Shown in pieces: positions 52,026 through 61,848 of a stretch of DNA of 64,000 nt. Numbering within the stretch: the stretch's first letter is position 1; the number at the start of each line of letters is the position of its first letter. The position numbers were made by a program, and so were the translations under genes. The notes under the pieces were generated by a model. It made no database searches. It was not told the DNA's origin and worked only from the letters and a program-made list of their open reading frames with translations. This stretch comes from a virus, in the IMG/VR virus record IMGVR_UViG_3300045988_173726, positions 64,001 to 128,000 of that record; one strand, written 5' to 3'.

Positions 52026-52673
52026 ATGGCGTTATTTGATTTTTTGAAGAGGAAGCCAAAAGAGCCAGAGATACCACCAGAGCCGATTAACTCTAGTTTA
52101 GTTTTGGTATTGCCGTCACACAAGGACGGGTTGATTTCGTATCTTGACGAGCATGGTATTCCGATAGAGATGGCGATATATAGCCTAGAGGATGTGCAGT
52201 ATAGTTTAATGGCACCTTCGGAGTATCACAGGAGAGTCGTGATAGTAGACGATGGGGAGTGGGATTTCAAAGACCAGTTCAATGTCGAGCAGTTAATGGG
52301 AGTTATGGAGCTGGTAAACAACGTGGACGTAGACGCTACAATCTTTTATACAGACAGAACGCTGTCAAAGGCGATAAGTCGGAAGTTAAAGGATATAAAG
52401 AGTAACGGTGGTGCAGATGTTACGGTAGATATGACGCAGTACGAGTCGATGGTAGCGGTGTATCGTCATATAGCGCAGTATAACGAGGTGTATCACGGGG
52501 ACGGAGTAGATGATACGGACACGCATAACAGCCTAGAGTATTGTTTGCCGAGGCGTTTAGAGAAGTTTGACGCAAAGCAGATACGGGATTACAAGGATAA
52601 GGCGGTAATATCCCGTTTATCGGAGGGGGAAGAGGCAGGGGAGAGCCTTCCGAGGTTTGAGGTAAAGGTTTAA
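52026..52673 (+). CDS. hypothetical protein
   Basis: RBS GAGAGGGG. No motif recognised. Confidence 0.5.
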   Translation: MALFDFLKRKPKEPEIPPEPINSSLVLVLPSHKDGLISYLDEHGIPIEMAIYSLEDVQYSLMAPSEYHRRVVIVDDGEWDFKDQFNVEQLMGVMELVNNVDVDATIFYTDRTLSKAISRKLKDIKSNGGADVTVDMTQYESMVAVYRHIAQYNEVYHGDGVDDTDTHNSLEYCLPRRLEKFDAKQIRDYKDKAVISRLSEGEEAGESLPRFEVKV

Positions 52674-52699
52674 GGGTTTAGGTGGTACAGAAAGTGATA

Positions 52700-52730
52700 G
52701 GGCGAGGGAGAAAATCCCCTCGCCCGTTTT
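52700..52730 (+). terminator. intrinsic terminator
   Basis: Perfect 9-bp stem GGGCGAGGG/CCCTCGCCC followed by GTTTT. Confidence 0.7.
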
Positions 52731-52760
52731 GTGGAAGTAGGTACTTAGAGTTTCTAACAG

Positions 52761-52828
52761 TAGAAATCAAGTTTCCATATACCGTTTCTTAAATAACTCA
52801 ATTTCGTAGCAGTACACAAGGGTATATG
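52761..52828 (+). promoter_or_regulatory. candidate operator/centromere-like site upstream of the ParM-like gene
   Basis: TAGAAATCAAGTTTCCATATACC is the same AAGTTTC-N-ATACC motif as in the repeat field. There is also a perfect 8-bp inverted repeat, CATATACC (52776) and GGTATATG (52821), separated by 37 nt. Confidence 0.45.
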
Positions 52829-52882
52829 ACAGTGTAAGTTTTAATGAATTTTTCTGTTTACTTTTGAAAGGAGTAAGAAGGA

Positions 52883-54040
52883 ATGAGCATGAATGTGGTT
52901 TGCTTAGACGAGGGAGCATCGAGTTCGAGATACGCGGTGAACAGCGGGGCGGTAAAGGTCTATCCGAACAACGCGCGTTTAATCGAGGAGGATACGGTGG
53001 TAAGCCTTGTGCCGAATTCGGACGATGTGCTTGATAATCTTGACATCACGATTACGAAAACGAGCGGTGAGAGTCGTTATTTCCCGCAGAGGGTGCTGAT
53101 GGGCAGTTTAGCGGAGCGGTTTAGCCGTTCAAACACACGTCCTTCGATGAACGCAAATAAGTGCCGTCAGAAGCTAACTTATATCACGGTTTTGCTTGGC
53201 ACAGCGCTTGGGTGCTTAGATGCAGGCATCGGCGGTGAGGAAGTGTCAATCATCATGAATCTGCCGCCTGTCGAGATTACGGATGACAACGTGAACTATG
53301 TGAAGAGCGAGCTTCTGGGTGAGTTTAGCGTTAAGTTCCATAAGCTTGAGAAAGAGATTTCGTTTACGGTAACGGATGTGGTCGTTAAGCCAGAGGGCGT
53401 GTCGGCATCGGTAGCGTTCTTTTATAACAAAGACGCATCTCCGAGGGTAACGATGGCAGACTATTCGACTGGCTATGTGCTTGTGGTGGATATTGGCGCA
53501 TCGACTTCCGACTTAGCGCTCTTAAAGGACAAGAAGTTTATCGAGCGCACGGGTCAGACCTATAAGCTGGGTGGAAACACGCTTCGGGATAAGGTTAGGT
53601 CAAAGATTAAAGAGGTTTCGGGACTTGAGGTAACGGACGAGGCGGTAGAGACTTTGCTTTCGGAGGGCAGACTTCCGTATGGCAATAGCTATCGAGACAT
53701 GAGTAAGGAGCTGGTAGCCGCGAAGAGAGAGTTTGCGGACGAGCTGTATGACAGCATTGACAGCTACTTTACGACTGTGGGTGTCGGTATTTCGAGTATC
53801 AAGGCAGTGTTTGTCTGCGGTGGCGGCTCAATGGAGAGTAGCTACTTTGACGAGAAAGAGAATAAAGAGGTCAAGACCTCCGAACCCGTCAGCAAGTATC
53901 TGTTAGAGCGTTTACAGGAGGTTTGTGATAGCGTAGATGTGGTGAGTTATCCAGACGGCAATCCGCGTATGGCAAACATCATCGGCACTATCTTAATCGG
54001 CAACGCATATAGGGCTAAGAAGGCGGCAAAGAAAGCGTAA
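52883..54040 (+). CDS. ParM/Alp-family actin-like ATPase
   Basis: Actin-fold motifs: VVCLDEGASSSR (phosphate 1), VLVVDIGASTSDLAL (phosphate 2), VFVCGGGS (adenosine). Confidence 0.7.
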   Translation: MSMNVVCLDEGASSSRYAVNSGAVKVYPNNARLIEEDTVVSLVPNSDDVLDNLDITITKTSGESRYFPQRVLMGSLAERFSRSNTRPSMNANKCRQKLTYITVLLGTALGCLDAGIGGEEVSIIMNLPPVEITDDNVNYVKSELLGEFSVKFHKLEKEISFTVTDVVVKPEGVSASVAFFYNKDASPRVTMADYSTGYVLVVDIGASTSDLALLKDKKFIERTGQTYKLGGNTLRDKVRSKIKEVSGLEVTDEAVETLLSEGRLPYGNSYRDMSKELVAAKREFADELYDSIDSYFTTVGVGISSIKAVFVCGGGSMESSYFDEKENKEVKTSEPVSKYLLERLQEVCDSVDVVSYPDGNPRMANIIGTILIGNAYRAKKAAKKA

Positions 54041-54057
54041 GAGCTAGGGAGGTTGGT

Positions 54058-56259
54058 ATGCTAAAGGCGATAGTAGCCGTAGGTAAGAGTTCTGTGATAC
54101 GGCTTCGTGACGCAGTAGCCTATCGAGCCATAAGTCCAAGCGAGGTAACGCGCTATCTTGAGAGTTTATCGGGGATTGACATCGTAATTTACGAAGAGCC
54201 GAGTCGGGAGACGCTTGAAAGTATCGGGGGAATAGAAGTTCCGATAGCGGTGCTGGATAGCGTAGGTAACTCGAGGGTCGAGGCGCTGTGCGTAGAGCGT
54301 GGATACGCTTATACACACAGCGTAGCCGACTTGCAGGACGCGATAGAAAGTTTAACGGGGAAGAGCGTAGCGACCCATGTTCGGGACGAGAAAGAAATCG
54401 TAGAGGATGATAACTTAGACGATGACATAGCGGGGCTGTTCACAGAGGGTGACGCAGAGGACACAGAGGTCACGGAGAAGCGTCACAGCATGAATGCGGG
54501 CACGATAAGCAGTGTGCTGAATGTGAATCAGTATACGGCGGGGGATACGCAGGACAGCGACCAAGTAGAGGTAGTTATCACTTCCAAGGCAGGGCTTACG
54601 GCTACCACGCGGGACGATGAGAGTTTACTGGATAGTGAATCGGAAGAGGCGCTTGAAGAAGAGGATACAGGTAACGAAGAGCGTGTAGCAGAGCTTTTAA
54701 GTGAGATAGATAGTCTAAAGAGCCAGTTGAGTGCATCCTATGAGACGATAGAGAGTCTAAGTAGTGAGAGGGAGTCGGTCGAGTCCGAGTATCGCGACAT
54801 AAAGGCTCGGGTCGAGAAATTGTTTCTTGACACAAAAGTAACCGAGGTTGTGATAGGCGGGGTTGACATTGAGGACTATGAGCAAAAGATAGCGGATTTA
54901 GAGAGTGAGCTAGATAATCTTAGGTTGCAGGCGGTCGAGGTCGAAGAGTTAAAGCGCGGCTTATCGGAGCTTACGGAGAAGGTAGCGTTAAAGGAGCGGG
55001 AAGAGGTTGCGCTTCGGCAGGAGATAGAGACGCTTCGTGATAACAGCGAGGCAGAGGGGCTTAAGGTAGCGGTAGCCGACAGTTTATCGGATAGAGAAAC
55101 GGTCGCTGGGCTACTTAGGGACGCGGTAGAGGCATTAACGCGGTATGAGAAAGAGGCAGAGAGCCTAAAGAGTAACGCGAGAGAGGCTTCGGAGTATGCA
55201 AAGGAGTTAAAGGGCAGTGCGGACGCATTAAGAACCGAGATAAGCACGCTACGGGGAATCGTATCAGAGAAAGAGCATAGGCTTATAGAGCAGGGAGAAG
55301 ATAGCGAGAGACGGATTTCTGCTTTAACGGCATCGCGGGACAGCCTAAATCGAGAGATAAATCGTCTAAAGGGAGAGCTGTCGGGGAGTAGTAGTTTACG
55401 AGAGCGTCTAGAGGCGACAGAGAGTGCGTTAAAGACACGGGATAGCGAGGTAGCTTCTTTACGGGGTCAGTTGTCGAGCGGAGTCAAAGAGTTAAACATA
55501 AAGTTCCGTTACGGCGGTAGGGCATCGCTTGTACCAGTGTTTGGCGGTAGTAGTTCTGGAATTACGGCTACGGCGGTAACAATAGCAAAGCAGTTAAAGG
55601 GACGGACGCTTTTAATCGACTTAGACATAGTATCTCCGAAGGTAGACAGTTACTTAGGCGTAAATCCGATAAAGAGCGGGTTAGACATTCAGAATCAGCT
55701 ACTTCGGACAGGTCTTGGAAGCTATTTAGAGCGAGGGCTTGATTATTTCATAGTAAATAAGCGAGAGATAATCACGAAAATCACGAAGAGGACGGACGGG
55801 ACAGCGCTGGACTACTTGAGCGGGCTGTATACGAGTGTAAGTGCGGATAAGTTTATCACGAACGACTTAGGTCGGTTACTGGATTATCTAGGCGGGGATT
55901 ACGACTATATAGTTTGTGATTTAGGGAAGATAGCGGGAAACGAAGTGCAGAATCAGATAATCGGGAGTGTATGCGCAGGAAGTGGAATATCGGTATGCGT
56001 ATCTCAAAACGATAAGTCTGACGCGCGGAGTTTAGCGTTACGGATTAGCGGTCTTAGCCTTAAGGGAAAGCTCATGTGGGTATTAAACTTTGCAAGAAGC
56101 CGCGAGATGGACGGAATCACGAGTAAGTGTGTAGGGAAATCGAAGTATGCGTATATGATGTTTGACGCAGAGGGATTTGGAGCGAGGCAGACGCTAGACA
56201 TGTTAAACGGGAATCGCGAAGCGGTAGCGGAGTTAGTGCGTGAGGTATCGCGGGAGTAA
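54058..56259 (+). CDS. 733-aa protein with an N-terminal domain, long acidic coiled coil and a degenerate MinD/ParA-like C-terminal domain
   Basis: About 300 aa of heptad-rich E/L/R sequence. Then VPVFGGSSSGITATAVTIAKQLKGRTLLIDLD (a P-loop position without Lys) and DYIVCDLG (Walker-B-like). Confidence 0.5.
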   Translation: MLKAIVAVGKSSVIRLRDAVAYRAISPSEVTRYLESLSGIDIVIYEEPSRETLESIGGIEVPIAVLDSVGNSRVEALCVERGYAYTHSVADLQDAIESLTGKSVATHVRDEKEIVEDDNLDDDIAGLFTEGDAEDTEVTEKRHSMNAGTISSVLNVNQYTAGDTQDSDQVEVVITSKAGLTATTRDDESLLDSESEEALEEEDTGNEERVAELLSEIDSLKSQLSASYETIESLSSERESVESEYRDIKARVEKLFLDTKVTEVVIGGVDIEDYEQKIADLESELDNLRLQAVEVEELKRGLSELTEKVALKEREEVALRQEIETLRDNSEAEGLKVAVADSLSDRETVAGLLRDAVEALTRYEKEAESLKSNAREASEYAKELKGSADALRTEISTLRGIVSEKEHRLIEQGEDSERRISALTASRDSLNREINRLKGELSGSSSLRERLEATESALKTRDSEVASLRGQLSSGVKELNIKFRYGGRASLVPVFGGSSSGITATAVTIAKQLKGRTLLIDLDIVSPKVDSYLGVNPIKSGLDIQNQLLRTGLGSYLERGLDYFIVNKREIITKITKRTDGTALDYLSGLYTSVSADKFITNDLGRLLDYLGGDYDYIVCDLGKIAGNEVQNQIIGSVCAGSGISVCVSQNDKSDARSLALRISGLSLKGKLMWVLNFARSREMDGITSKCVGKSKYAYMMFDAEGFGARQTLDMLNGNREAVAELVREVSRE

Positions 56260-56296
56260 TTTTCTGTAAGTAAAATTATTGATAGACCATGTACTC

Positions 56297-56464
56297 ATGA
56301 TTAAATCGAAAGAGATGGTTAACCGTTTAGGTGTTAGTATAAAAACTTTACAACGATGTGACTGAGAAGGTATTTTAGTTGCCAAACGTACCCAATGACC
56401 AATGAATAGAAGGTATTATACAGAGGAGCAATATTTGTCTTCTCGTGTCGAATCTATGGTTTGA
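56297..56464 (+). pseudogene. remnant of an IS607-type serine-recombinase TnpA (MerR-like HTH only, two in-frame stops)
   Basis: MIKSKEMVNRLGVSIKTLQRCD*EGILVAKRTQ*PMNRRYYTEEQ matches the LGVS..TLRRWD.EG.L...RT..G.RRY N-terminus. The catalytic domain is missing. Confidence 0.6.
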
Positions 56465-56488
56465 TAAAGTATAAGAAAGGGTTAAAGG

Positions 56489-57676
56489 ATGATTAGAGCT
56501 TACAAGACAGAAATCAATCCAACTAAGTCTCAAATTGAGTTAATTCATAAGACGTTTGGGTGTGCCCGCTATATTTACAATCAATATGTGAATGAGAACC
56601 TAGAAAATCTTGCATTAGGGAAAGACTTTGTTTCTGCCTTTAGCTATTCTAAACGAGTGAATAATGACCCTAACACTCCTTATTGGTTGAAAGAAGTTCC
56701 AAGCAAGGCAATCAAGCAAGCTTTGATTTGTGCAGACAGAGCTTTTAAAGATTACTTTTCTAAACGTAGAGGGAAACCTAAGTTTAAAAAGAAATGGAAT
56801 AATGATGAGAGTTTCTATCTCATCGGCACGATTAAAGTGGAACGCCATCGGATATTTGTCCCTAAATTGAAATGGCTTCGCTTGAAGGAATTTGGCTACA
56901 TTCCTAAGAATATCAGCTCTGTAACGATTTCCATGAAGAATGGGCGTTATTACATTTCCTGCTTATGTAAAGAGGAGAAAGACGAGCGGATTCCTTTGTC
57001 TGACTCCGCTATGGGCATTGATTTTGGGTTGAAAGACCAATTTATTACAGGAAATAGGACAATTCCTTCCATCAATCGCTCTTTACGGATTAGGAAATTA
57101 GAGAAATGTTTACGAAGAGAACAGAGGAAGTTGTCTCGCAAAATTGAAGCTAACATGGTTGATAAGGTCTATGTTCAATCAGGCTCTAAGAAGGGGCAAC
57201 TTAAATCATATAAGTGGGTAAAGCATTTATCTGAGTGTAAGAACGTTCAGAAACAGAAGTTAAAAGTGGCACGAATTCATGAGCGCTTAACTCGGATTCG
57301 GACAGATTACAACCGAAAATCTTTATATTCTCTAGTGTTAGAACGAAAACCAAGTTCTATCACCATTGAAGACTTATCAGTTCGCAATCTCATGAAGAAT
57401 CGGCACTTGAGTGTAGCTATCATGAAGGCACAGTGGTATCAATCTCGGCTTTATTTGGAAAATCTCTGTGACAGGTTAGGGATAGAGCTTAGAGTAGCCG
57501 ATAAGTTTTATCCTTCTAGCAAAATCTGTTCAACTTGTGGCTTAAAGTATCAAGACTTGAAGCTAAAGGAACGCTTTTGGACTTGTTCTAATTGTGGCTG
57601 TGAGCATGATAGGGATAGAAATGCGGCTATCAATTTAGAACAATGCAAAAACTATACTGTTTTGACAGCAGTTTAA
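56489..57676 (+). CDS. tnpB: canonical TnpB (IS200/IS605-IS607 family RNA-guided endonuclease)
   Basis: MIRAYKTEINPTKSQ...YIYNQ N-terminus. GIDFGLKD (RuvC-I), ITIEDLSVRNL (RuvC-II), CSTCG...CSNCG zinc ribbon, DRDRNAAINL (RuvC-III). Confidence 0.9.
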   Translation: MIRAYKTEINPTKSQIELIHKTFGCARYIYNQYVNENLENLALGKDFVSAFSYSKRVNNDPNTPYWLKEVPSKAIKQALICADRAFKDYFSKRRGKPKFKKKWNNDESFYLIGTIKVERHRIFVPKLKWLRLKEFGYIPKNISSVTISMKNGRYYISCLCKEEKDERIPLSDSAMGIDFGLKDQFITGNRTIPSINRSLRIRKLEKCLRREQRKLSRKIEANMVDKVYVQSGSKKGQLKSYKWVKHLSECKNVQKQKLKVARIHERLTRIRTDYNRKSLYSLVLERKPSSITIEDLSVRNLMKNRHLSVAIMKAQWYQSRLYLENLCDRLGIELRVADKFYPSSKICSTCGLKYQDLKLKERFWTCSNCGCEHDRDRNAAINLEQCKNYTVLTAV

Positions 57677-57866
57677 ATACCGTCACTACCGTGGGTTACA
57701 CGGAAAGTTAAGCTTGTGGACTGTTCTATCAAATGGGAGTAGTCTTTATATCTCGATACAAAAAAAACAAAACCAGACAGGATGAAGCAAGAAGAATTTC
57801 TAAAATATTTTATTAGAAAGGTCATGAAATATACGTTTGGGTATATTTTGTGTAACAGGCAGCAAG

Positions 57867-58643
57867 ATGATAACGAAGGTAAAGCTAGGGGCTACGATAG
57901 CGTTTGACTTAGAGCATGAGCGAGACATCGTAGCGTTGCTTGACGATTTACGGCAGAGTCATAAGCTCGGGGAGTATATATCGCATACGATACGGTATGC
58001 GGTAGAGCATCAAGAGGATTTTGAGAAGGAGACAAAGGTTTACGCGCGTCTTGGGGTGTCAAATCGGAGGAAAGAGTTCTTTGACAAGGCAGAGCAGTCG
58101 CTTAGAATCATAGCGGAGCGTGTAAACGAGATATATCGGGTTACGAATAACTTAAAAGCGCTGGCGCAGTTTAACAAGAAGTTAGGGTTAAATGAGCGTG
58201 TAGATTCGGCATATATGGCGCAGTTTGTGGTGCAGAAGCAGATAAACGACCTTTGCAGGATACTGGGAGTCAACAGTTTAGAGAGCAAGTTCGCGTCAAA
58301 CAAGCTTCACGACATAAATAACGACATAGACAGCGTGATTGAGTTTATCATCACCTACTATGACGGGATAGTGAGTGAGATACGGGAGAGTGTCGAGGAA
58401 GCGAAGAGCCGAGAGAGAGTCAGTGCAAGCGATAGCGCGGCAGAGATAGCGGAGTTAAAGGAACAGCTTAAGCGTTTAACGGAGAGTAGCTATCTAAAGG
58501 GCGTAGCGGACGAGGCTACAGAGGCTAAGAGAGAGAAAGCCACAGAAAGCGAGCCAGCCGTGCCGAGCGAGCCGCCCGCAGAGTTTGCGGTAGGTGATAG
58601 CGCCGATTTAGCGGGCATAGCGGATTTGGTCGGAGATATTTAA
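57867..58643 (+). CDS. hypothetical protein with a possible N-terminal ribbon-helix-helix
   Basis: ATG at 57867. KVKLGATIAFDLEHERDIVALLDDL...LGEYISHTIRYAVEH fits a strand-helix-helix pattern. Acidic C-terminus. Confidence 0.45.
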   Translation: MITKVKLGATIAFDLEHERDIVALLDDLRQSHKLGEYISHTIRYAVEHQEDFEKETKVYARLGVSNRRKEFFDKAEQSLRIIAERVNEIYRVTNNLKALAQFNKKLGLNERVDSAYMAQFVVQKQINDLCRILGVNSLESKFASNKLHDINNDIDSVIEFIITYYDGIVSEIRESVEEAKSRERVSASDSAAEIAELKEQLKRLTESSYLKGVADEATEAKREKATESEPAVPSEPPAEFAVGDSADLAGIADLVGDI

Positions 58644-58711
58644 GGCGAGAGCGGCAGAGGGGTCTTAACGGGGCTTCTCGTAGGCGCGCGAGGCAAGAGA
58701 GGGCGAGGGAC

Positions 58712-60160
58712 ATGGGAGATAGAGTAGCGTTAGCATTCAGCCAAGATGAAGAGGAACTGCTTAACAGGGCTTATAAAGAGACAGGAGTTACAGACAGCGA
58801 ACGGGAAGGCGAGATGCTAGGGCTTTCGGAGGATAGGCTCTCTGGTAAGCTAAGGGAAAAGCTAATCTTAGACCTTACGAGGCTTCGTGGCTACGGGGAG
58901 AGCAGTAGTCTAAAAGAGGACAGCCTTTACAAAGCAGTAACGGGTTTATCGGAGAGGGAGCTTCCAGTCCCAGAGAGTGTATTTAAGGCGCTTGACGAGC
59001 GGGTTAAGGGGTTACGGCAGAAGGTAATCGGGGAGCTTGAAAAGCTCGGGCATTTTTTGCTTGACGATAAGAGCTATTCGCCTGTAATAGACGGTTTTCG
59101 GGACGGGATATATACGGCAGGGCTGGATACGGTAGTCCAGTGGTTTGACATCTACATGGTGAGCGTAGAGGCATTTAATTTCTTAACTTCAAACGGGGCT
59201 GTAAAGGTAACGGATAGAGTCCCGAATATCGCAGAGAGCGTGTTTCGGGAGCGTTTAATCGTGCGGAGAGCAGACGGTACGGTGCGGCTTGCGACAAAAC
59301 AAGAGGTTAAGAAGATGCCAGTCGGGGTCGTAAAAGAGAAGATTCGCCTTTTACCAGAGGAGAAAGAGCGTGGTGTTTTGCTTTCCGCGTGGGTAACTAC
59401 TGGAGACAACAAATATCTAAAGGCGGTGTATCCGAGTATTAAGGTTCGGGGCAAGGGAGTTCCGAATCTTAAAGAGGTTTTAGGAGAGCATTTGCAGGAG
59501 ATACGGAAGGCTCTTCGGTATATCGTAAGCTACGAGTTTTCGCACGAGGACATACGGGTTTTAATCGACACGCCAAAGGAAGTCGTTTATCTTGACAGCG
59601 CAGAGGATGAGCTTCTTGACAACGGGAAGATTATCGAGATGTTAAAGGCGGTAAAGAAGGGTACAGACCCAGACTACGGCACGGAGTACGAGAAGATAGC
59701 GTTTAATATCGCGCGGGACGCTTTGTCAAGGAAGTCGTATTGTTTAACGGAGAAGCAGTCGAAGATAATCGAGAGTGTTTACGAGAAGCTACAGGGAGCG
59801 GGGACAGAGAAGAAGAAAGCGGACAGTGAGCAAGTGGCGAAGGCGAAAGAGGTCTTAGAGGAGCTTGATAAACGGGAGACGCTTTCTGACAAGAAGCCGA
59901 GTAATTATGCGGTAATGGTTAGAGACATTGCGGGGCGCATGGCGAAGGGGTTAAAATGTTCGGAGAAACAGATAGCGGTAGTCGATAAGTTTTACGCGGG
60001 ATTCAAGAAGCGTGAGGACGGAAACGAGGCGGGTTCTCCGAGCAAAGACGGAAGTAAGAAAGTAGATAGCGTTTCCAAGGAGAGCAAAGAGAGTAGTGCA
60101 GGGAATACCGGCTCGGTTTGGGATGTCTATATGAATTTAGACGCGGCATTTGGAGGATAA
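58712..60160 (+). CDS. hypothetical protein (482 aa)
   Basis: RBS GAGGGCGAGGG. No motif recognised. Confidence 0.5.
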   Translation: MGDRVALAFSQDEEELLNRAYKETGVTDSEREGEMLGLSEDRLSGKLREKLILDLTRLRGYGESSSLKEDSLYKAVTGLSERELPVPESVFKALDERVKGLRQKVIGELEKLGHFLLDDKSYSPVIDGFRDGIYTAGLDTVVQWFDIYMVSVEAFNFLTSNGAVKVTDRVPNIAESVFRERLIVRRADGTVRLATKQEVKKMPVGVVKEKIRLLPEEKERGVLLSAWVTTGDNKYLKAVYPSIKVRGKGVPNLKEVLGEHLQEIRKALRYIVSYEFSHEDIRVLIDTPKEVVYLDSAEDELLDNGKIIEMLKAVKKGTDPDYGTEYEKIAFNIARDALSRKSYCLTEKQSKIIESVYEKLQGAGTEKKKADSEQVAKAKEVLEELDKRETLSDKKPSNYAVMVRDIAGRMAKGLKCSEKQIAVVDKFYAGFKKREDGNEAGSPSKDGSKKVDSVSKESKESSAGNTGSVWDVYMNLDAAFGG

Positions 60161-60168
60161 GAGGAAAG

Positions 60169-60381
60169 ATGGGGCTAGGGATATTGGTCGCGAGGGATGA
60201 CAACGATAGGTGGTCGTTTATCCTAAGCGATAGGCTTGAAACGCTTAACGGCATTTATGAGACGATGCAGGATAAGAGTAAGCGGGTTATGAGGGTCGTG
60301 CCTGTCGGAGATGATGCCGAGTTAGACAGGTTAAGACGGGATAAGGAATATCTAAACGAGTGGCTGAACTACTCAAGATAA
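60169..60381 (+). CDS. hypothetical small protein
   Basis: ATG 60169 follows GGAGGATAAGAGGAAAG. Confidence 0.45.
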   Translation: MGLGILVARDDNDRWSFILSDRLETLNGIYETMQDKSKRVMRVVPVGDDAELDRLRRDKEYLNEWLNYSR

Positions 60382-60965
60382 GGTCTGACTTTACAGACTA
60401 CTATGACGCACCCTGCTCGGCAGAGGGTGGTAAGGGTAGTAAAGCGGTTGTATACGACAGGTATCGTATAAACAGGACACGGATAGCGGATTTGCAGGAG
60501 CTTAGATTTCTTGGAATCAGAACGCTAGAGATAAAGCCAGTTTCAAAGGTACTGCTAAGTCGTGACGACAGGGTTTGCGTTTATACGGACTTAATGTCGC
60601 ACGGTAGAGAGGGAGTAATTAGCGTAACCTACAACGAAGCAGTAGAGATGTATCACAACAGGCTTTGTAGTACGGTAAACTGGCTCGGGTACGGGTATAT
60701 CTACAAGTATATACAGGTAGGCACGCGGAGATTTTGGATAACGACCGACAGAAACGGAAATGTGCTTGGGATGCGGGAGATGGAGTCGGGTTACAGCCTA
60801 ATACAGCTACCGATATACAGCATAGACTACATAAGCGTAGGCGGGGTGCAGACGGCGGTCGATTTTAACACAGTGCAGAGGTTGTCGGACGCGAGGCTAG
60901 AGTTTATATTGCCGTCTGCGGATGTTAGAGCGTTGGTTTACGCTTATTTGACGAGAGGGAAGTAA
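60360..60965 (+). CDS. hypothetical protein
   Basis: GTG start overlaps the previous ORF by 22 nt. The start is uncertain. Confidence 0.45.
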   Translation: MAELLKIRSDFTDYYDAPCSAEGGKGSKAVVYDRYRINRTRIADLQELRFLGIRTLEIKPVSKVLLSRDDRVCVYTDLMSHGREGVISVTYNEAVEMYHNRLCSTVNWLGYGYIYKYIQVGTRRFWITTDRNGNVLGMREMESGYSLIQLPIYSIDYISVGGVQTAVDFNTVQRLSDARLEFILPSADVRALVYAYLTRGK

Positions 60966-60968
60966 GAT

Positions 60969-61838
60969 ATGGCGAAGTTAGACATAGGGCAGGCGGTTTA
61001 TAAGTTTCTTTCGGACAAGGAGTTCCGTACGATAGAGGTCAATCGGGAAGAAGATACGCGGTTTGGAAAGATATATTCCTGTGGGATACAGGTATATGAG
61101 CATGGGGATTCTTCAGCAATCTTAAAGCGTAACGAGGTATCTGGAGAGATTAGCCACTTTACGGGAGATAAGATAGACTTGCGAGAGGAGTTATCAAAGT
61201 ATGTAAAGCGTGCTAAAGTAGGAAAGGGAGTTTTAGAGGTTTATGACGACTTTTGTGCGTGCAGAAAGGTATTAGTTCCGTTTAAGCCAAGCCTCCCCGT
61301 AGACATAAAGATTTATGTAGAGGAGACTAAAGGAAAAGCCGTTATGCGGAGGGTTCGCGGGAAGATTGCTTCTGTAAAAGCGATGCTTGAGACGGTAGAG
61401 GCAGAGGGTAAGAAGGTTTTAACTTTCAAGGAGACTCTGATTTGTGAGTGCGGGAGCAGTTCTACAAAGAGCGGGACGCTAGCAACAGTAGCGATTTACG
61501 AGTATGGGAAGCGGTATCATATAACGGTCGGTTTAAGCGTGAAGTCACCGAGACTTGGAAAAGGCGAGGCGTTAAGTATGACCGAGTTCGGGTATTTTAG
61601 ACCGATTAAGCTGACGCTCGGGGGTAAAGAGGTCTTAATAGACGGAAACGGGGTATATGATACAGAGTATACGGTTTTAGCCGAGTTTACGCCAAAGGGA
61701 CTGGTAAAGACGAGTGAGCTTATCGGAGAGGACAGGAAGTTTATCGAGGAGCTTGTGAGTTATATTGCGCCGATGCGGAAGTTGATTGCGCCAGCGGGGT
61801 CGGTAGAGCCGTTTAAGGTAACGCTACTGGACAAGTAA
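60969..61838 (+). CDS. hypothetical protein
   Basis: RBS GAGAGGGAAG. No motif recognised. Confidence 0.5.
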   Translation: MAKLDIGQAVYKFLSDKEFRTIEVNREEDTRFGKIYSCGIQVYEHGDSSAILKRNEVSGEISHFTGDKIDLREELSKYVKRAKVGKGVLEVYDDFCACRKVLVPFKPSLPVDIKIYVEETKGKAVMRRVRGKIASVKAMLETVEAEGKKVLTFKETLICECGSSSTKSGTLATVAIYEYGKRYHITVGLSVKSPRLGKGEALSMTEFGYFRPIKLTLGGKEVLIDGNGVYDTEYTVLAEFTPKGLVKTSELIGEDRKFIEELVSYIAPMRKLIAPAGSVEPFKVTLLDK

Positions 61839-61848
61839 GGGAGTAAGT

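Larger units (their letters stand above)
56280..57830 (+). mobile_element. decayed IS607-type insertion (TnpA remnant plus intact TnpB)
   Basis: A stretch that is visibly AT-richer interrupts the GC-richer backbone. It holds a MerR-like HTH remnant followed by a canonical tnpB. Boundaries are approximate. Confidence 0.55.

Noticed and set aside
56297-56464. In-frame TGA codons in the TnpA remnant as evidence of stop-codon reassignment
   Set aside because: The two TGAs align to different residues of IS607 TnpA (Lys/Arg and Gly). The catalytic domain is missing altogether, and TGA is used as a normal stop by many genes in the window. This is a pseudogene, not recoding.
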